In this document: positions 1 through 12,900 of the stretch, one piece after another
How the letters are laid out: the number at the start of each line of letters is the position of its first letter
How positions within the stretch are numbered: the first letter of the stretch is position 1
Source: Macrostomum lignano
Taxonomy: Eukaryota
NCBI GenBank assembly: GCA_002269645.1
Contig: NIVC01000934.1
Span: forward strand, 1-64,000
DNA: 64,000 nucleotides
Direction of reading: 5' to 3'
Made by a program: the position numbers and the translations under genes
Notes under the pieces: generated by a model
The model's database searches: none
What the model was told of the DNA's origin: nothing
What the model saw: the letters and a program-made list of their open reading frames with translations, nothing else

Positions 1-1105
1 CTTGTCTGACACCTTCCCATATCTATTCTCTCCTTGTCTGACACCTTCCCCATATCTATTCTCTCTTGTCTGACACCTTCCCATATCTATTCTCTCCTTT
101 TCTGACACCTTCCCCATATCTATTCTCTCCTTGTCTGACACCTTCCCCATATCTATTCTCTCCTTTTCTGACACCTTCCCCATATCTAAAAATAGAATAT
201 CTATTCTCCCCTTGTCTGACACCTTCCCATATCTATTCTCCCCTTGTCTGACACCTTCCCCATATCTAAAATAGAATATCTATTCTCCCCTTGTCTGACA
301 CCTTCCCCATATCTATTCTCCCCTTGTCTGACACCTTCCCCATATCTATTCTCTCCTTGTCTGACACCTTCCCCATATCTATTCTCCCCTTGTCTGACAC
401 CTTCCCCATATCTATTCTCTCCTTGTCTGACACCTTCCCCATATCTATTCTCCCCTTGTCTGACACCTTCCCCATATCTATTCTCTCCTTGTCTGACACC
501 TTCCCCATATCTATTCTCTCCTTGTCTGACACCTTCCCCATATCTAAAATAGAATATCTATTCTCCCCTTGTCTGACACCTTCCCCATATCTATTCTCCC
601 TTGCCTGACACCTTCCCCATATCTATTCTCTCCTTGTCTGACACCTTCCCCATATCTATTCTCTCCTTTTCTGACACCTTCCCCATATCTATTCTCTCCT
701 TGTCTGACACCTTCCCCATATCTATTCTCCCCTTGTCTGACACCTTCCCCATATCTAAAATAGAATATCTATTCTCCCCTTGTCTGACACCTTCCCCATA
801 TCTATTCTCCCCTTGTCTGACACCTTCCCCATATCTAAAATAGAATATCTATTCTCCCCTTGTCTGACACCTTCCCCATATCTATTCTCCCCTTGTCTGA
901 CACCTTCCCCATATCTATTCTCTCCTTGTCTGACACCTTCCCCATATCTATTCTCTCCTTGTCTGACACCTTCCCCATATCTATTCTCCCCTTGTCTGAC
1001 ACCTTCCCCATATCTATTCTCTCCTTGTCTGACACCTTCCCCATATCTAAAATAGAATATCTATTCTCCCCTTGTCTGACACCTTCCCCATATCTGTTCT
1101 ATCCT
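1..1105. repeat. Minisatellite, ~33-bp unit CTTGTCTGACACCTTCCCCATATCTATTCTC(T/C)C, with periodic AAAATAGAATATCT insert variants
   Basis: Direct reading. Confidence 0.95.
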
Positions 1106-1689
1106 GTGTTTAGCATATTCCCATATCTATTCCCCCTGTGTTCTGCATCTTCCTCTTATCTATTCTCCCATTGCCTGTCCCTTGTCTAGTCTCAGCTTGG
1201 GAGCTGCCTCCACTTACCGTGTTTGCCCCGATCAGTTCCATTAGGCGCCGTGATCAGGTCAATGGGATTTACAAGCAACGGGATTAAAGCTTCACGAGTC
1301 CCATCGCATTCCTGGAGCCTGTTTGGGAAGAATGAATTTTCTGCTCTCCAGGAGCTCCGCGGAATTGAAGGAATGTCTGGCGTGTTTGCTTTAGCCTCCA
1401 GACCGAGCTCGTAAATGCAGTCTTTAATTGCCGCCGCTTCAGCTGTTCCAGCTTGCTTTTGAGTGCGCCAGATCCCACAGCCGGAACTCAGATCGGTCAG
1501 CTGCGGACTATCGCAATAACCGATTTTCCGCAGGGTAAAACAGTTGGCCTGACTGTTGCCTCTTCTGCCATGTACCGCACCTTATCCCCCTTCCCTACTC
1601 ACCCGCTCTGTTTCTGTTTGTGGCTTTTCCTCTCTCACATTTTCCCATCTCCGCTCCCCATTTATTTACCTTCTCCAATCCATCGCCAA

Positions 1690-2060
1690 TTTTCTATCCA
1701 CCCTCTGTCCGCCCCTCTCCGCCCCTCTCCGCTCCCTCTCCGCTCCCTTTCCGCCCCTCTCCGCTCCCTCTCCGCCCCTCTCCGCCTCATGTCCGCCTTC
1801 CTATTTGCTCCTCTGCTCCCCTCTCCGCCCCCTATCCGCCCCTGTCCGCTCCTCTCCGCCCCCTCTCCGCTCCTCTACGCCCCTGTCTGCTCCTCTCCGC
1901 CCCTCTTCGCTCCTCTCCGCCCCCTGTCCGCCAACCTCTCCGCTCCTCTCCGCCCCCTGTCCGCTCCTCTCCGCAAACCTCTCCGCTCCTTTCCGGCCAC
2001 CTCTCCGCCCCTCTCCTTCCCATCCCCGTCTTCCTATCCGCCCCCATCTCCGCGGCTCTC
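1690..2060. repeat. Low-complexity CCGC(T/C)CCTCT repeat (10-11 bp)
   Basis: Direct reading. Confidence 0.85.
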
Positions 2061-2261
2061 CGCTTCTCTTGTATCTTTTTTCTTGAAGTTGCTCCCAATC
2101 CAATGGTTCCAACAGCTCTGAATAAAGAGCTGCTCTACATATCGGCAGTCAGGCCAGCAATCAATGGCTGTTTCATACCCCTCTCGAGCAGCTGCAGAGC
2201 CCCAGCCAGATGCGCGGCCAATCAAGCTCCAATTAAATGCCCGCCCCCGCCGCTCCCGCAG

Positions 2262-2577
2262 CACGGAGATGATGCACCTGCCGTTCCAGGCGGTCGAGGG
2301 TCACCTGGCCTACGTGTCGCCGGTGCTGACGCAGGACGAGGATCCGGAAGCTCAGCTGGACGCCTTCAGCCGGATGGTGCACGAGCAGTTTATCGGGTCG
2401 CGCAGGCTAAAGTGCCAAGTTGTGTACTTTAACGACGTCAACCAGCCCTGCGTGTACGTGTACACCAGGGAGGGCCAGTCGGAGCCCTGGCGCTGCCTGC
2501 AGGACGAACTCGTAGCTGCCGGGCTCGCGCAGTGGTTCCCGGTGCCGCGGGTGCCACCGCAGATGCCGCAGGCGTGA
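2262..2577 (+). CDS. Terminal exon of an extended-Tudor-domain protein (AKAP1/spoonbill-like C-terminus); upstream exons not found in window
   Basis: Acceptor ctcccgcAG at 2260-2261, then TEMMHLPFQAVEGHLAYVSP...LQDELVAAGLAQWFPVP...* (TGA 2575-2577). This matches the post-Tudor SN-like segment as recalled for AKAP1 (SDFVTLPFQGAEVLL...INRSLVERGLAQW). Confidence 0.7.
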
Positions 2578-2801
2578 CAGTAGGGCTCGGAACTGGGTGT
2601 CACTGAGTGCGCGTCTCCGTGCTGGCTTGCTGAAGGCTGAGCTGCAGATTGAAGTTTGTCACTCCGTTTGAGGTGACATTTTCAATCTGTCAATCCAGTG
2701 TGACTCACCCTTCAGCAATTTAGCTGCAGCAACATCTGTTAGTCATCGAGTCATCCTCAGATTAACCATTGATCACCGTACTGGCTTTCTAACCGATCAG
2801 G

Positions 2802-3388
<587 letters not shown>

Positions 3389-4009
3389 AGTGTCTGTTTG
3401 TCCGTTTTGCCGTGGCGCCTGCATTTTCGCCCCATTCTAATCAGCTTTCCTTTTATCTGCTATTCTTCATTGGTGTTCAAACGCTTCACAGATGATATAA
3501 TTCATTCACAGGCATATTTAATTACTCTCTTATCAGTTTCGGTGTTGGATTATTGCTATTTTCAGTGTCTATACAATCGCATATTTTATCCTCCATACGG
3601 CTATAATTGTTGCCCACTGTTGGTGTCGTTTCCTACGCGTGCCTGACAGATGTTTTATTTAACTCAAATATTTTAGCTAGCAGCAGCGTATTGCTTTACT
3701 GTGGTGGATCGTGTCCGAACTGCACTACTAGCCCGCCCTGTTCAGTAGCATCCCATGAGCCTGTAAAACTAGATTTTTCATGTTTACTCTGAAGTTTGCT
3801 CATCCTCTTTTTCGAATTTTAAAATTAGTGAATATCGTTGAGAGCGCATTGCACCGTGTTTTTATTGCGTTTTCTGGCACTCTCGCCTGCACTTTAAATA
3901 TTTTAGGCACCTGTGTGAATGGCTGGGGCTGCGCTGCACATGCTGGGGACAGGAGGCCGCCCTTGTGCAATTCCTGATGGGGCTTGGAAGCTGTACAGAG
4001 GTGCTCTTT

Positions 4010-4548
4010 GGGCCAGTCTCCCAGATCCTCAGTTGCTGGGCCAGCCTCCCAATTCCTTAGTTGCTGGGCCAGCCTCCCAATTCCTTAGTTGCTGGGCCAG
4101 CCTCCCAGATCCTCAGTTGCTGGGCCAGCCTCCCAGATCCTCAGTTGCTGGGCCAGCCTCCCAGATCCTTAGTTGCTGGGCCAGCCTCCCAGATCCTTAG
4201 TTGCTGGGCCAGCCTTTAGATCCTCAGTTGCTGGGCCAGCCTCCCAGATCCCCAGTTGCTGGGCCAGCCTCCCAGATCCCCAGTTGCTGTGCCAGCCTCC
4301 CAGATCCTCAGTTGCTGGGCCAGCCTCCCAGATCCTTAGTTGCTGGGCCAGCCTTTAGATCCTCAGTTGCTGGGCCAGCCTCCCAGATCCCCAGTTGCTG
4401 GGCCAGCCTCCCAGATCCCCAGTTGCTGGGCCAGCCTCCCAGATCCTCAGTTGCTGGGCCAGCCTCCCAGATCCTCAGTTGCTGGGCCAGCCTCCCAGAT
4501 CCTCAGTTGCTGGGCCAGCCTCCCAGATCCTCAGTTGCTGGGCCAGCC
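4010..4548. repeat. Minisatellite, 28-bp unit CAGTTGCTGGGCCAGCCTCCCAGATCC(T/C)
   Basis: Direct reading; the same unit recurs at 42345-42735. Confidence 0.95.
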
Positions 4549-5499
4549 TGTATGTATGCACAGGTATTTGCACAGGCGTATGCACAGGTGTTTGCCCGCC
4601 ATCGCACAGTTCCATGTTGTCCCATCACTTATTTTCCGTTATTCGAAAAAATATTTTTATCTGCAATGCAAGACCTCTTCGGAGTTGCCGCCTCTCAGGA
4701 GAGAAAAAGTTTTTTTTCTGATTTTTTTGTTCAAGGCTTTTCTGCCCATACTACTGCTACTAACCCGTCTAAGTAGTGCAGTGCAGATGCGTTTTTTTCG
4801 ATGTTTTGCAAGTTTTTTTAGCGGCAGCGTTCTGTGCGGCTCTGCTCCTTTTCCTATATGTCAATCAGCTTTAGTTATTTATTACGCTAACCAAATTAAT
4901 TTACAGTTATTGTTGACCTCGGGTCCGCTTGCATTCTGTGTAGATCGTGTCAGTGCTCCCATGCTTGTAGCAACAGCTACTGTCCGATATTTGTCTCCGC
5001 TTGAAGCTGCAGTGTGTTGTGCTTGAGCCGTTTCTCCGTGTCCTGTTTATTTCCTATAATTTATTAATGCTGCTAAACTCAAATTTTACTAGCGTTCCCA
5101 ATTGTACAAACCTTTCGAGACGATAAAATTGACCGACGTAAATTCAGAAAAAAATATTTTTAATCCATTATAGTTGGTCATCCAGACTCCCCCATCTTTC
5201 CCCCTTGGCATCAAACATTTTATTGGTTTTTTAACTCGCTGCCACGTCACACGAGCTTGGGGGTTGCCGTTTTTAATCTGCAACAGGAATTGTGTTTTTG
5301 CTGGTGTTCAAAGTGTCCCGACTGTTGGATTTATCATTTCATTTTTCTCGCGTCAGCAAAATATTGTTAGACTTTTTGTTTTGGACTTTTTGAAGAAAAT
5401 TTTAAAGATAAAGACCGAAATTCTACTCGCCTATCGTTAATTAAGCTTTAAATGACTTGTGCTTTCTGGCCGCGTTGCTCTTTTGTGGGGACTCTGGAT

Positions 5500-6236
5500 G
5501 CAGGTCCAAGCTCTGATGGAGCGGCAGGTGCAAGCTCTGATGGAGAGGCAGGTTCAAGCTCTGATGGAGAGGAGAGGCAGGTTCAAGCTCTGATGGAGCG
5601 GCAGATTCAAGCTCTGATGGAGAGGAGAGGCAGATTCAAGCTCTGATGGAGAGGAGAGGCAGGTTCAAGCTCTGATGGAGCGGCAGATTCAAGCTCTGAT
5701 GGAGAGGAGAGGCAGATTCAAGCTCTGATGGAGAGGAGAGGCAGGTTCAAGCTCTGATGGAGAGGAGAGGCAGATTCAAGCTCTGATGGAGAGGAGAGGC
5801 AGATTCAAGCTCTGATGGAGAGGAGAGGCAGATTCAAGCTCTGATGGAGAGGAGAGGCAGGTTCAAGCTCTGATGGAGCGGCAGATTCAAGCTCTGATGG
5901 AGAGGAGAGGCAGATTCAAGCTCTGATGGAGAGGAGAGGCAGGTTCAAGCTCTGATGGAGAGGAGAGGCAGGTTCAAGCTCTGATGGAGAGGAGAGGCAG
6001 GTTCAAGCTCTGATGGAGAGGAGAGGCAGGTTCAAGCTCTGATGGAGAGGAGAGGCAGGTTCAAGCTCTGATGGAGCGGAGAGGCAGGTTCAAGCACTGA
6101 TGGAGCGGAGAGGCAGGTTCAAGCACTGATGGAGCGGAGAGGCAGGTTCAAGCTCTGATGGAGCGGAGAGGCAGGTTCAAGCACTGATGGAGCGGAGAGG
6201 CAGGTTCAAGCTCTGATGGAGCGGAGAGGCAGGTTC
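5500..6236. repeat. Minisatellite, ~29-bp unit GCAGGTTCAAGCTCTGATGGAGAGGAGAG
   Basis: Direct reading. Confidence 0.95.
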
Positions 6237-6918
6237 AGCATATCAGAGAGATTCATAGTGGCTAAGTGTGTTCGTACAGGTAAGAATTCGTTTGAAAAAA
6301 ATCGAGCAGCTGAGGCTCCAGTTTCCATGGCCAAAAAGTGGCAGCCGAAAAATAAACTCAGTTATTTATTGAATAAAAATAAAATTATATTTTCTGTTAA
6401 ACAACATTTTCTATTTTTGGTATGCGAGCTTACTTCAAAGCGTTTAGGTTTATAAGTAGCAGAGAAGTGTATCTGCGAAGTTTCAGTTTTCATAATTTCA
6501 AAGGCACAACAAAAATGACTACAAAAAACACGGGCTATGCAGGCAGGTCGCAGGTAATAAAGCTCTCTGATAAGTGAATAAGTATATCTTATCATTGAAA
6601 AAAGTAGATTTTAGCAAACTATGCAATAAATATGCTAATAGTAGACAAGAGTGGTTTTTATAGGATTTATCTAGAGACTCTCGCATCATAGAGATTATCG
6701 TCGAAGGCAAGAAGTACTAGATTTTTGGATAGAGATAAACTAAAAAAGTGATGAGAAAAAGTAAAATCTAAATTCAGAGAGGATTAGCATCTGTTTCTGA
6801 GAATATAATGAAACAGTGATAGCGGCAGAAAACCATTCAATAAGACATTCGGCAGTCAGGAGTTCGTCAAAAGGTTTAAAGTTAACTTTGCATCAGTGAC
6901 TACTCATTCAACTGGCCG

Positions 6919-9900
6919 TCAGTAGTACGCGTTGCGCAATTGGATCAGCTTCTCCAGGCAGCGCCAGTGTCCGGGCGGGAACTTGCTCTCGGACTTGTGG
7001 GACAGCTCAGTCCAGCGGGGACGGCTCTTGGAGTCCAGCTGCGGGAGTGGGGGGGCAATAGGCTGCTGACCTGCTACTCATCTACAGCCTGCTGCTGGCC
7101 TGCCGCTTATCCACAGCCTGCTGCTAGCCTGCCGCTTATCTACAGCCTGCTGCTGACCTGCCGCTTATCTACAGCCTGCTGCTGACCTGCCGCTTATCTG
7201 CAGCCTGCTGCTGGCCTGCCGCTTATCTACAGCCTGCTGCTGGCCTGCCGCTTATCTACAGCCTGCTGCTGGCCTGCCGCTTATCCACAGCCTGCTGCTA
7301 GCCTGCCGCTTATCTACAGCCTGCTGCTGGCCTGCCGCTTATCCACAGCCTGCTGCTGACCTGCCGCTTATCTACAGCCTGCTGCTGGCCTGCCGCTCAT
7401 CTGCTGCCTGCTGCTGACCTGCCGCTTATCTACAGCCTGCTGCTAGCCTGCCGCTTATCTACAGCCTGCTGCTGACCTGCCGCTTATCTGCAGCCTGCTG
7501 CTGGCCTGCCGCTTATCTGACGCCTGCTGCTGACCTGCCGCTTATCTACAGCCTGCTGCTGGCCTGCCGCTTATCCACAGCCTGCCTGGCCTGCCGCTTA
7601 TCTACAGCCTGCTGCTGGCCTGCCGCTTATCCACAGCCTGCCTGGCCTGCCGCTTATCTACAGCCTGCTGCTGGCCTGCCGCTAGTCAGCCTGCTGCTGA
7701 CTTGAAAACTTGACTTTCACCCCAACAGCACTCCCGGCCGGACTCTAACCCTCGAGCATCACCCCCGGCCGGACTCTCACCCCCGAGCATCACCCCCTGC
7801 TGTACTCTCACCTTCAGCCGGACGCCGTCCCACAGCCCGCCGGTGTCGTCGTGCAGGCAGAAGGCGCGCAGCTCCAGCCAGGCGCTGTCGGTGTTCAGCT
7901 CGTCGTCCAGGTAGGCGCCACCGAAACCGGGGCCCGCCGCGGCCGTCACCTCGCTGAGACGCGCCGCGGCCGCCTCCGGGACCGTCAGCGGCGCCTGGCC
8001 GCCCTGCCGCTGCTGAGCGTCGGCCAGAAGGCGGCGACAGTCGCCGTCGATCGGCAGGCGGCGGGCGGGCAGCTCGGGAGCGCGGTAGCCGCCTTCGCCG
8101 GAGTCGGCGGGCAGCGCCAGCAGCTCCAGGGCGCGCTTGCCGCGGCGCTCCTTGTCTGACCAGCGGGTGACGAGCAGCAGGGCGCGGTGGTTCGGGCCCC
8201 AGGCGGGCAGGCGGCCGCGCCCCGCCAGGCCGGTGCGACCGGCCGGGTTCAGCGGCCGCCCGGTGGCCGCGTCCAGGCTGTAGGGGGCCGCGGCGAAGCT
8301 GCGCCGCTCCGAGCCGCTGGCCTCGTCGAAGGTGTTGAAGGCCAGACTGCAGGGGAGCGGAAAAAAGGGTGGCTTGGGGATCCAACTCGCAGGGTTGGTT
8401 ACCGAGGCTGAGGTTACTGGGGTCGCCACCGGTTTCTGGGGTCGCCACCGGTTACTGGGGTCGCCACCGGTTTCTGGGGTCGCCACCGGTTTCTGGGGTC
8501 GCCACCGGTTTCTGGGGTCACCACCGGTTACTGGGGTCACCACCGGTTTCTGGGGTCACCACCGGTTACTGGGGTCACCACCGGTTACTGGGGTCACCAC
8601 CGGTTTCTGGGGTCACCACCGGTTACTGGGGTCACCACCGGTTACTGGGGTCACCACCGGTTTCTGGGGTCACCACCGGTTTCTGGGGTCACCACCGGTT
8701 TCTGGGGTCGCCACCGGTTTCTGGGGTCGCCACCGGTTTCTGGGGTCACCACCGGTTTCTGGGGTCGCCACCGGTTTCTGGGGTCGCCACCGGTTACTGG
8801 GGTCGCCACCGGTTACTGGGGTCGCCACCGGTTACTGGGGTCGCCACCGGTTTCTGGGGTCACCACCGGTTACTGGGGTCACCACCGGTTTCTGGGGTCA
8901 CCACCGGTTTCTGGGGTCACCACCGGTTTCTGGGGTCGCCACCGGTTTCTGGGGTCGCCACCGGTTTCTGGGGTCGCCACCGGTTTCTGGGGTCGCCACC
9001 GGTTTCTGGGGTCGCCACCGGTTACTGGGGTCGCCACCGGTTACTGGGGTCGCCACCGGTTACTGGGGTCGCCACCGGTTTCTGGGGTCACCACCGGTTA
9101 CTGGGGTCACCACCGGTTTCTGGGGTCGCCACCGGTTTCTGGGGTCGCCACCGGTTACTGGGGTCGCCACCGGTTACTGGGGTCACCACCGGTTTCTGGG
9201 GTCGCCACCGGTTTCTGGGGTCACCACCGGTTTCTGGGGTCACCACCGGTTACTGGGGTCGCCACCGGTTACTGGGGTCGCCACCGGTTTCTGGGGTCAC
9301 CACCGGTTTCTGGGGTCGCCACCGGTTTCTGGGGTCGCCACCGGTTTCTGGGGTCGCCACCGGTTTCTGGGGTCACCACCGGTTTCTGGGGTCACCACCG
9401 GTTACTGGGGTCGCCACCGGTTACTGGGGTCGCCACCGGTTTCTGGGGTCGCCACCGGTTTCTGGGGTCACCACCGGTTTCTGGGGTCGCCACCGGTTTC
9501 TGGGGTCACCACCGGTTTCTGGGGTCACCACCGGTTTCTGGGGTCACCACCGGTTTCTGGGGTCACCACCGGTTTCTGGGGTCACCACCGGTTTCTGGGG
9601 TCACCACCGGTTTCTGGGGTCACCACCGGTTTCTGGGGTCACCACCGGTTTCTGGGGTCACCACCGGTTTCTGGGGTCACCACCGGTTTCTGGGGTCACC
9701 ACCGGTTTCTGGGGTCACCACCGGTTTCTGGGGTCACCACCGGTTTCCGGGGTCACCACCGGTTTCTGGGGTCACCACCGGTTTCTGGGGTCACCACCGG
9801 TTTCTGGGGTCACCACCGGTTTCTGGGGTCACCACCGGTTTCTGGGGTCACCACCGGTTTCTGGGGTCACCACCGGTTTCTGGGGTCACCACCGGTTACT

Positions 9901-12900
9901 GGGGTCACCACCGGTTTCTGGGTCACCACCGGTTTCTGGGGTCGCCACCGGTTTCTGGGGTCACCACCGGTTTCTGGGGTCACCACCGGTTTCTGGGGTC
10001 GCCACCGGTTTCTGGGGTCGCCACCGGTTTCTGGGGTCACCACCGGTTTCTGGGGTCACCACCGGTTTCTGGGTCACCACCGGTTTCTGGGGTCACCACC
10101 GGTTTCTGGGGTCACCACCGGTTTCTGGGGTCACCACCGGTTTCTGGGGTCACCACCGGTTTCTGGGGTCACCACCGGTTACTGGGGTCACCACCGGTTT
10201 CTGGGGTCACCACCGGTTTCTGGGGTCACCACCGGTTTCTGGGTCACCACCGGTTTCTGGGGTCACCACCGGTTTCTGGGTCACCACCGGTTTCTGGGGT
10301 CACCACCGGTTTCTGGGGTTACTACCGGTTCATCACCCAGCCCCCCAGACTCACCCAGCCCCCCAGACTCACCCAGCCCCCCAGACTCACCCAGCCCCCC
10401 AGACTCACCCAGCCCCCCAGACTCACCCAGCCCCCAGACTCACCCAGCCCCCCAGACTCACCCAGCCCCCAGACTCACCCAGCCCCCCAGACTCACTCAG
10501 CCCCCCAGACTCACTCAGCCCCCCAGACTCACCCAGTCCCCCAGACTCACCCAGCCCCCAGACTCACCCAGCCCCCAGACTCACCCAGCCCCCCAGACTC
10601 ACCCAGCCCCCCAGACTCACCCAGCCCCCAGACTCACCCAGCCCCCCAGACTCATCAACCCCCCAGACTCACCCAGCCCCCCCCAGACTCACCCAGCCGG
10701 ATCATCCCTGTCCACCTCGCCGTCAGCGTCGGGCTCCGGAGCGCTGAACTCGGGCGGCTTGTAGCCACCGGGCAGTTCGGCAGCCCAGGCCAGCTGGTCG
10801 GGCCGCAGCGGCAGGCGCGCCGGGCCGCCGGCACCAGGGTATGGCGACGTGAGCGACAGCGTCTGGCTCGGAGTCCCGCCCTTGCCTGCTGCACCGTGGC
10901 TGAATGAGGGCTCCATGGAGTCGCCGTCGGCGTCCGCCTCTCTGGGTCGGCTGTGGCCGCGCCTTCGGTGGCCGGGTGAACCTGGTTGATGATAAACAGG
11001 AGTGAGTGCCATTTGATCTCAGTGAGTGCCATTTGATCTCAGTGAGTGCCATTTCAACTGAGTGAGTGCCATTTCAACTGAGTGAGTGCCATTTCAGCTG
11101 AGTGAGTGCCATTACAACTGAGTGAGTGTCATTTCGTCTGAGTGAGTGCCATTTCATCTGAGTGAGTGCCATTTCAACTGAGTGAGTGCCATTTCTTCTG
11201 AGTGAGTGCCATTTCATTTGAGTGAGTGCCATTTCAACTGAGTGAGTGCCATTTCAACTGAGTGAGTGCCATTTCAACTGAGTGAGTGCCATTTCAACTG
11301 AGTGAGTGCCATTTCATTTGAGTGAGTGCCATTCCAAGCTCACCTCCGGAGCTCTCGGTGGCCGCCTTGAGCGACTGGACGGCGGTCATAAGGCTACTCA
11401 GGGTGCTCGTGACACTCTCGAACTGGAGCAGGAAGGGGGTGAAGCATTTGAAGGTTGAGAGTACAGTGAATCTGGGGATCTAATTCGAATACCCGGTGAC
11501 GCACTTGGCTCTCCAGTCTGGCGATTCGGTCAGCAACTTCCGGTGACATTTTGGCCACAACCATGTGCGGCTGCTGCTGCTGGGGTGGCGGCAGCGGCGG
11601 CGGCGGCAGCGCGGCCTGGGAGCCGGCCGAGGCAGCGGCTGGCAGCTGGTCCACTTTCTTGGAAAGGTTGGACAGCCTGCGGGGGCGGTGATGGAGATGG
11701 CTGCAGCTGCCCTGGGGTTTTTCGAATTACTGTTGACCTCAACTGACGTCATGCATGTAAGGCCCCGATAATCTATACTCATACTCATTCGATACTCATT
11801 CACCTTAGTGAGTCACCGATAATCTCTATTGACCTCAATTGGTCGTCGATGACCTTCATTGACCTCAATGGGTCGCCGATGACCTTCATTGACCTCAATG
11901 AGTCACCGATGATCCCTATTGACCTTAATGAGTCACCGATGACCTTTATTGACCTCAATGAGTCACCGATGACCTTCATTAACCTTAATGAATCACCGAT
12001 GATCTCTATTGACCTCACTAAGTCATCGATGACGTGCATTGACCTCGAGGTGTCACCGTTAACCTCAAATTGATTTCACCTCTTAACCTCTTGGCTCAGA
12101 AAAATGGCTTCCAATTCATCGATGACCTATTTGTGAATCCTATAGCTTAGAGATACCCGATCGACCTCAGTTAAATAAGCAATCATGATGAGCAAGTGCT
12201 CAGATGCATGAGCAATGCCACCTGCCAGCAACTCACTGGTCATTGCACTTCCTCAGGATGTTTTTATCGGCATCGCTATTGGCCTTCTTCATCCTGCGCG
12301 TAATCTCCAGGATATGCAGGCACTCCCAGTTCTTCAGCTGCCGTTCGACTGACTCGGAGAATCGGTGCTCTGCAATGTTTTATTGGCCGATATGTATCGA
12401 AATTATACTTTACACGATTGTTTGTTGATGCTAATCATACTACTAAGTAGATTGTAGAGATTCTCGCAATTAAAAAAACTTCAAGAGGTATTTTCAAGAA
12501 CAGAAAATAAAAAGACAAGCCGATATGTATCGAAAACAGAATAATGAATTGAAAATTGCTTATGGATGGGATTATTAGTAGTTACTCGGCTGAAGAAACT
12601 GTCGGAACATCTGACCAAGGACCACGAATGCCAAAGCTAAGAAATTAATTTATTTCACTAAATTTATCAATTCCATAACTTTGACGTCTTACGCCTTTTT
12701 TTCTGTTAATTCCCCAATAAAGATTGTGGCAGCTAAGCGGAATCGAACCCGGGACCTTCAGAGCGAGGCTTGGGGACTCACGCAGCGGGCTCCTGGTGTT
12801 GTAGCCGCAGCCGCAGCGGTGATTGGAGCAGCGCCAGCAGCGCTTGCACAGCAGACGGATGAGCTGGTAGGCGTGGGAGAAGATGATGAGGGGCGGCGGC

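Noticed and set aside
8332-10764. 810-aa and 792-aa ORFs
   Set aside because: They are translations of the 19-bp and 17/18-bp intronic arrays, antisense to TRPM.
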